A stretch of 64,000 nt of DNA. It comes from Octopus vulgaris (taxonomy: Eukaryota). Each line of letters starts with the position of its first letter. Position 1 is the first letter of the stretch. The notes below the pieces were generated by a model. It ran no database searches and had not been told where the DNA came from. It saw only the letters and a program-made list of their open reading frames with translations. Location of the stretch: positions 76,756,001 to 76,820,000 of the forward strand of contig OX597823.1 of the NCBI GenBank assembly GCA_951406725.2, given 5' to 3'. A program made the translations under genes and the position numbers. Positions 63,677 through 64,000 of this stretch are shown here, in pieces.

Positions 63677-63871
63677 GCCATGATAAATCAGTAGCCACTA
63701 CACACATCTTTTTTCTTTCTGTGTTCCTTTCTGTTGAAGAGCGTAGGCTCGAAACCTAAAAGACTTTTACAATTCCTGAGCGTTATACTAATACAGCTGT
63801 TTGTTTCCTACATCACCAGTCTTCGTATGTATGTATGTATGTATGTATGTATGTATGTATGTATGTATGTA

Positions 63872-64000
63872 GCCGCAGGAGTGGCTGTGTGATAAGTAGC
63901 TTGATTACCAAACGTATGGTTCCGGGTTCAGTCCCACTGCATGGCACCTTGAGCAGGTGTCTTCTATAGCCTAGGGTCGACCAAACCCTTGTGAGTAGAT
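63872..64000 (+). mobile_element. SINE family A head, cut by window edge
   Basis: GCAGGAGTGGCTGTGTGATAAG...GGTTCAGTCCCACTG. Confidence 0.85.

Overview
AT-rich, microsatellite-saturated animal genomic DNA with no confidently identifiable host gene. The repeat landscape (several tRNA-headed SINE families, RTE 3' tails ending in (TGA)n, dense (TA)n/(CA)n/(ATC)n tracts) resembles a coleoid cephalopod such as Octopus; this is an inference. Nearly all long ORFs in the track are microsatellite artefacts. Real coding relics are all transposon-derived: R4/Dong-type, CR1-type and Tx1/L1-type LINEs, mariner and Tc1 transposase fragments, and a decayed Ty3/Gypsy gag-pol. The most interesting signals are ribozyme-like motifs in small retroelements. 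(1) A fold-back repeat family carries a minimal type I hammerhead with a compensatory G3-C8 core in three copies. (2) A tRNA-headed SINE has a hammerhead in its 3' tail. (3) A TSD-flanked insert starts at the predicted cleavage G of a CPEB3-like HDV-fold ribozyme. (4) Further variant hammerhead relics occur. Other notable features are a head-to-tail Helitron trimer, an RTE 3'UTR tandem array, a SINE tail matching a Tx1 LINE tail, and microsatellite-associated insertion preferences. All structures were folded and translated by eye and need computational and biochemical confirmation.
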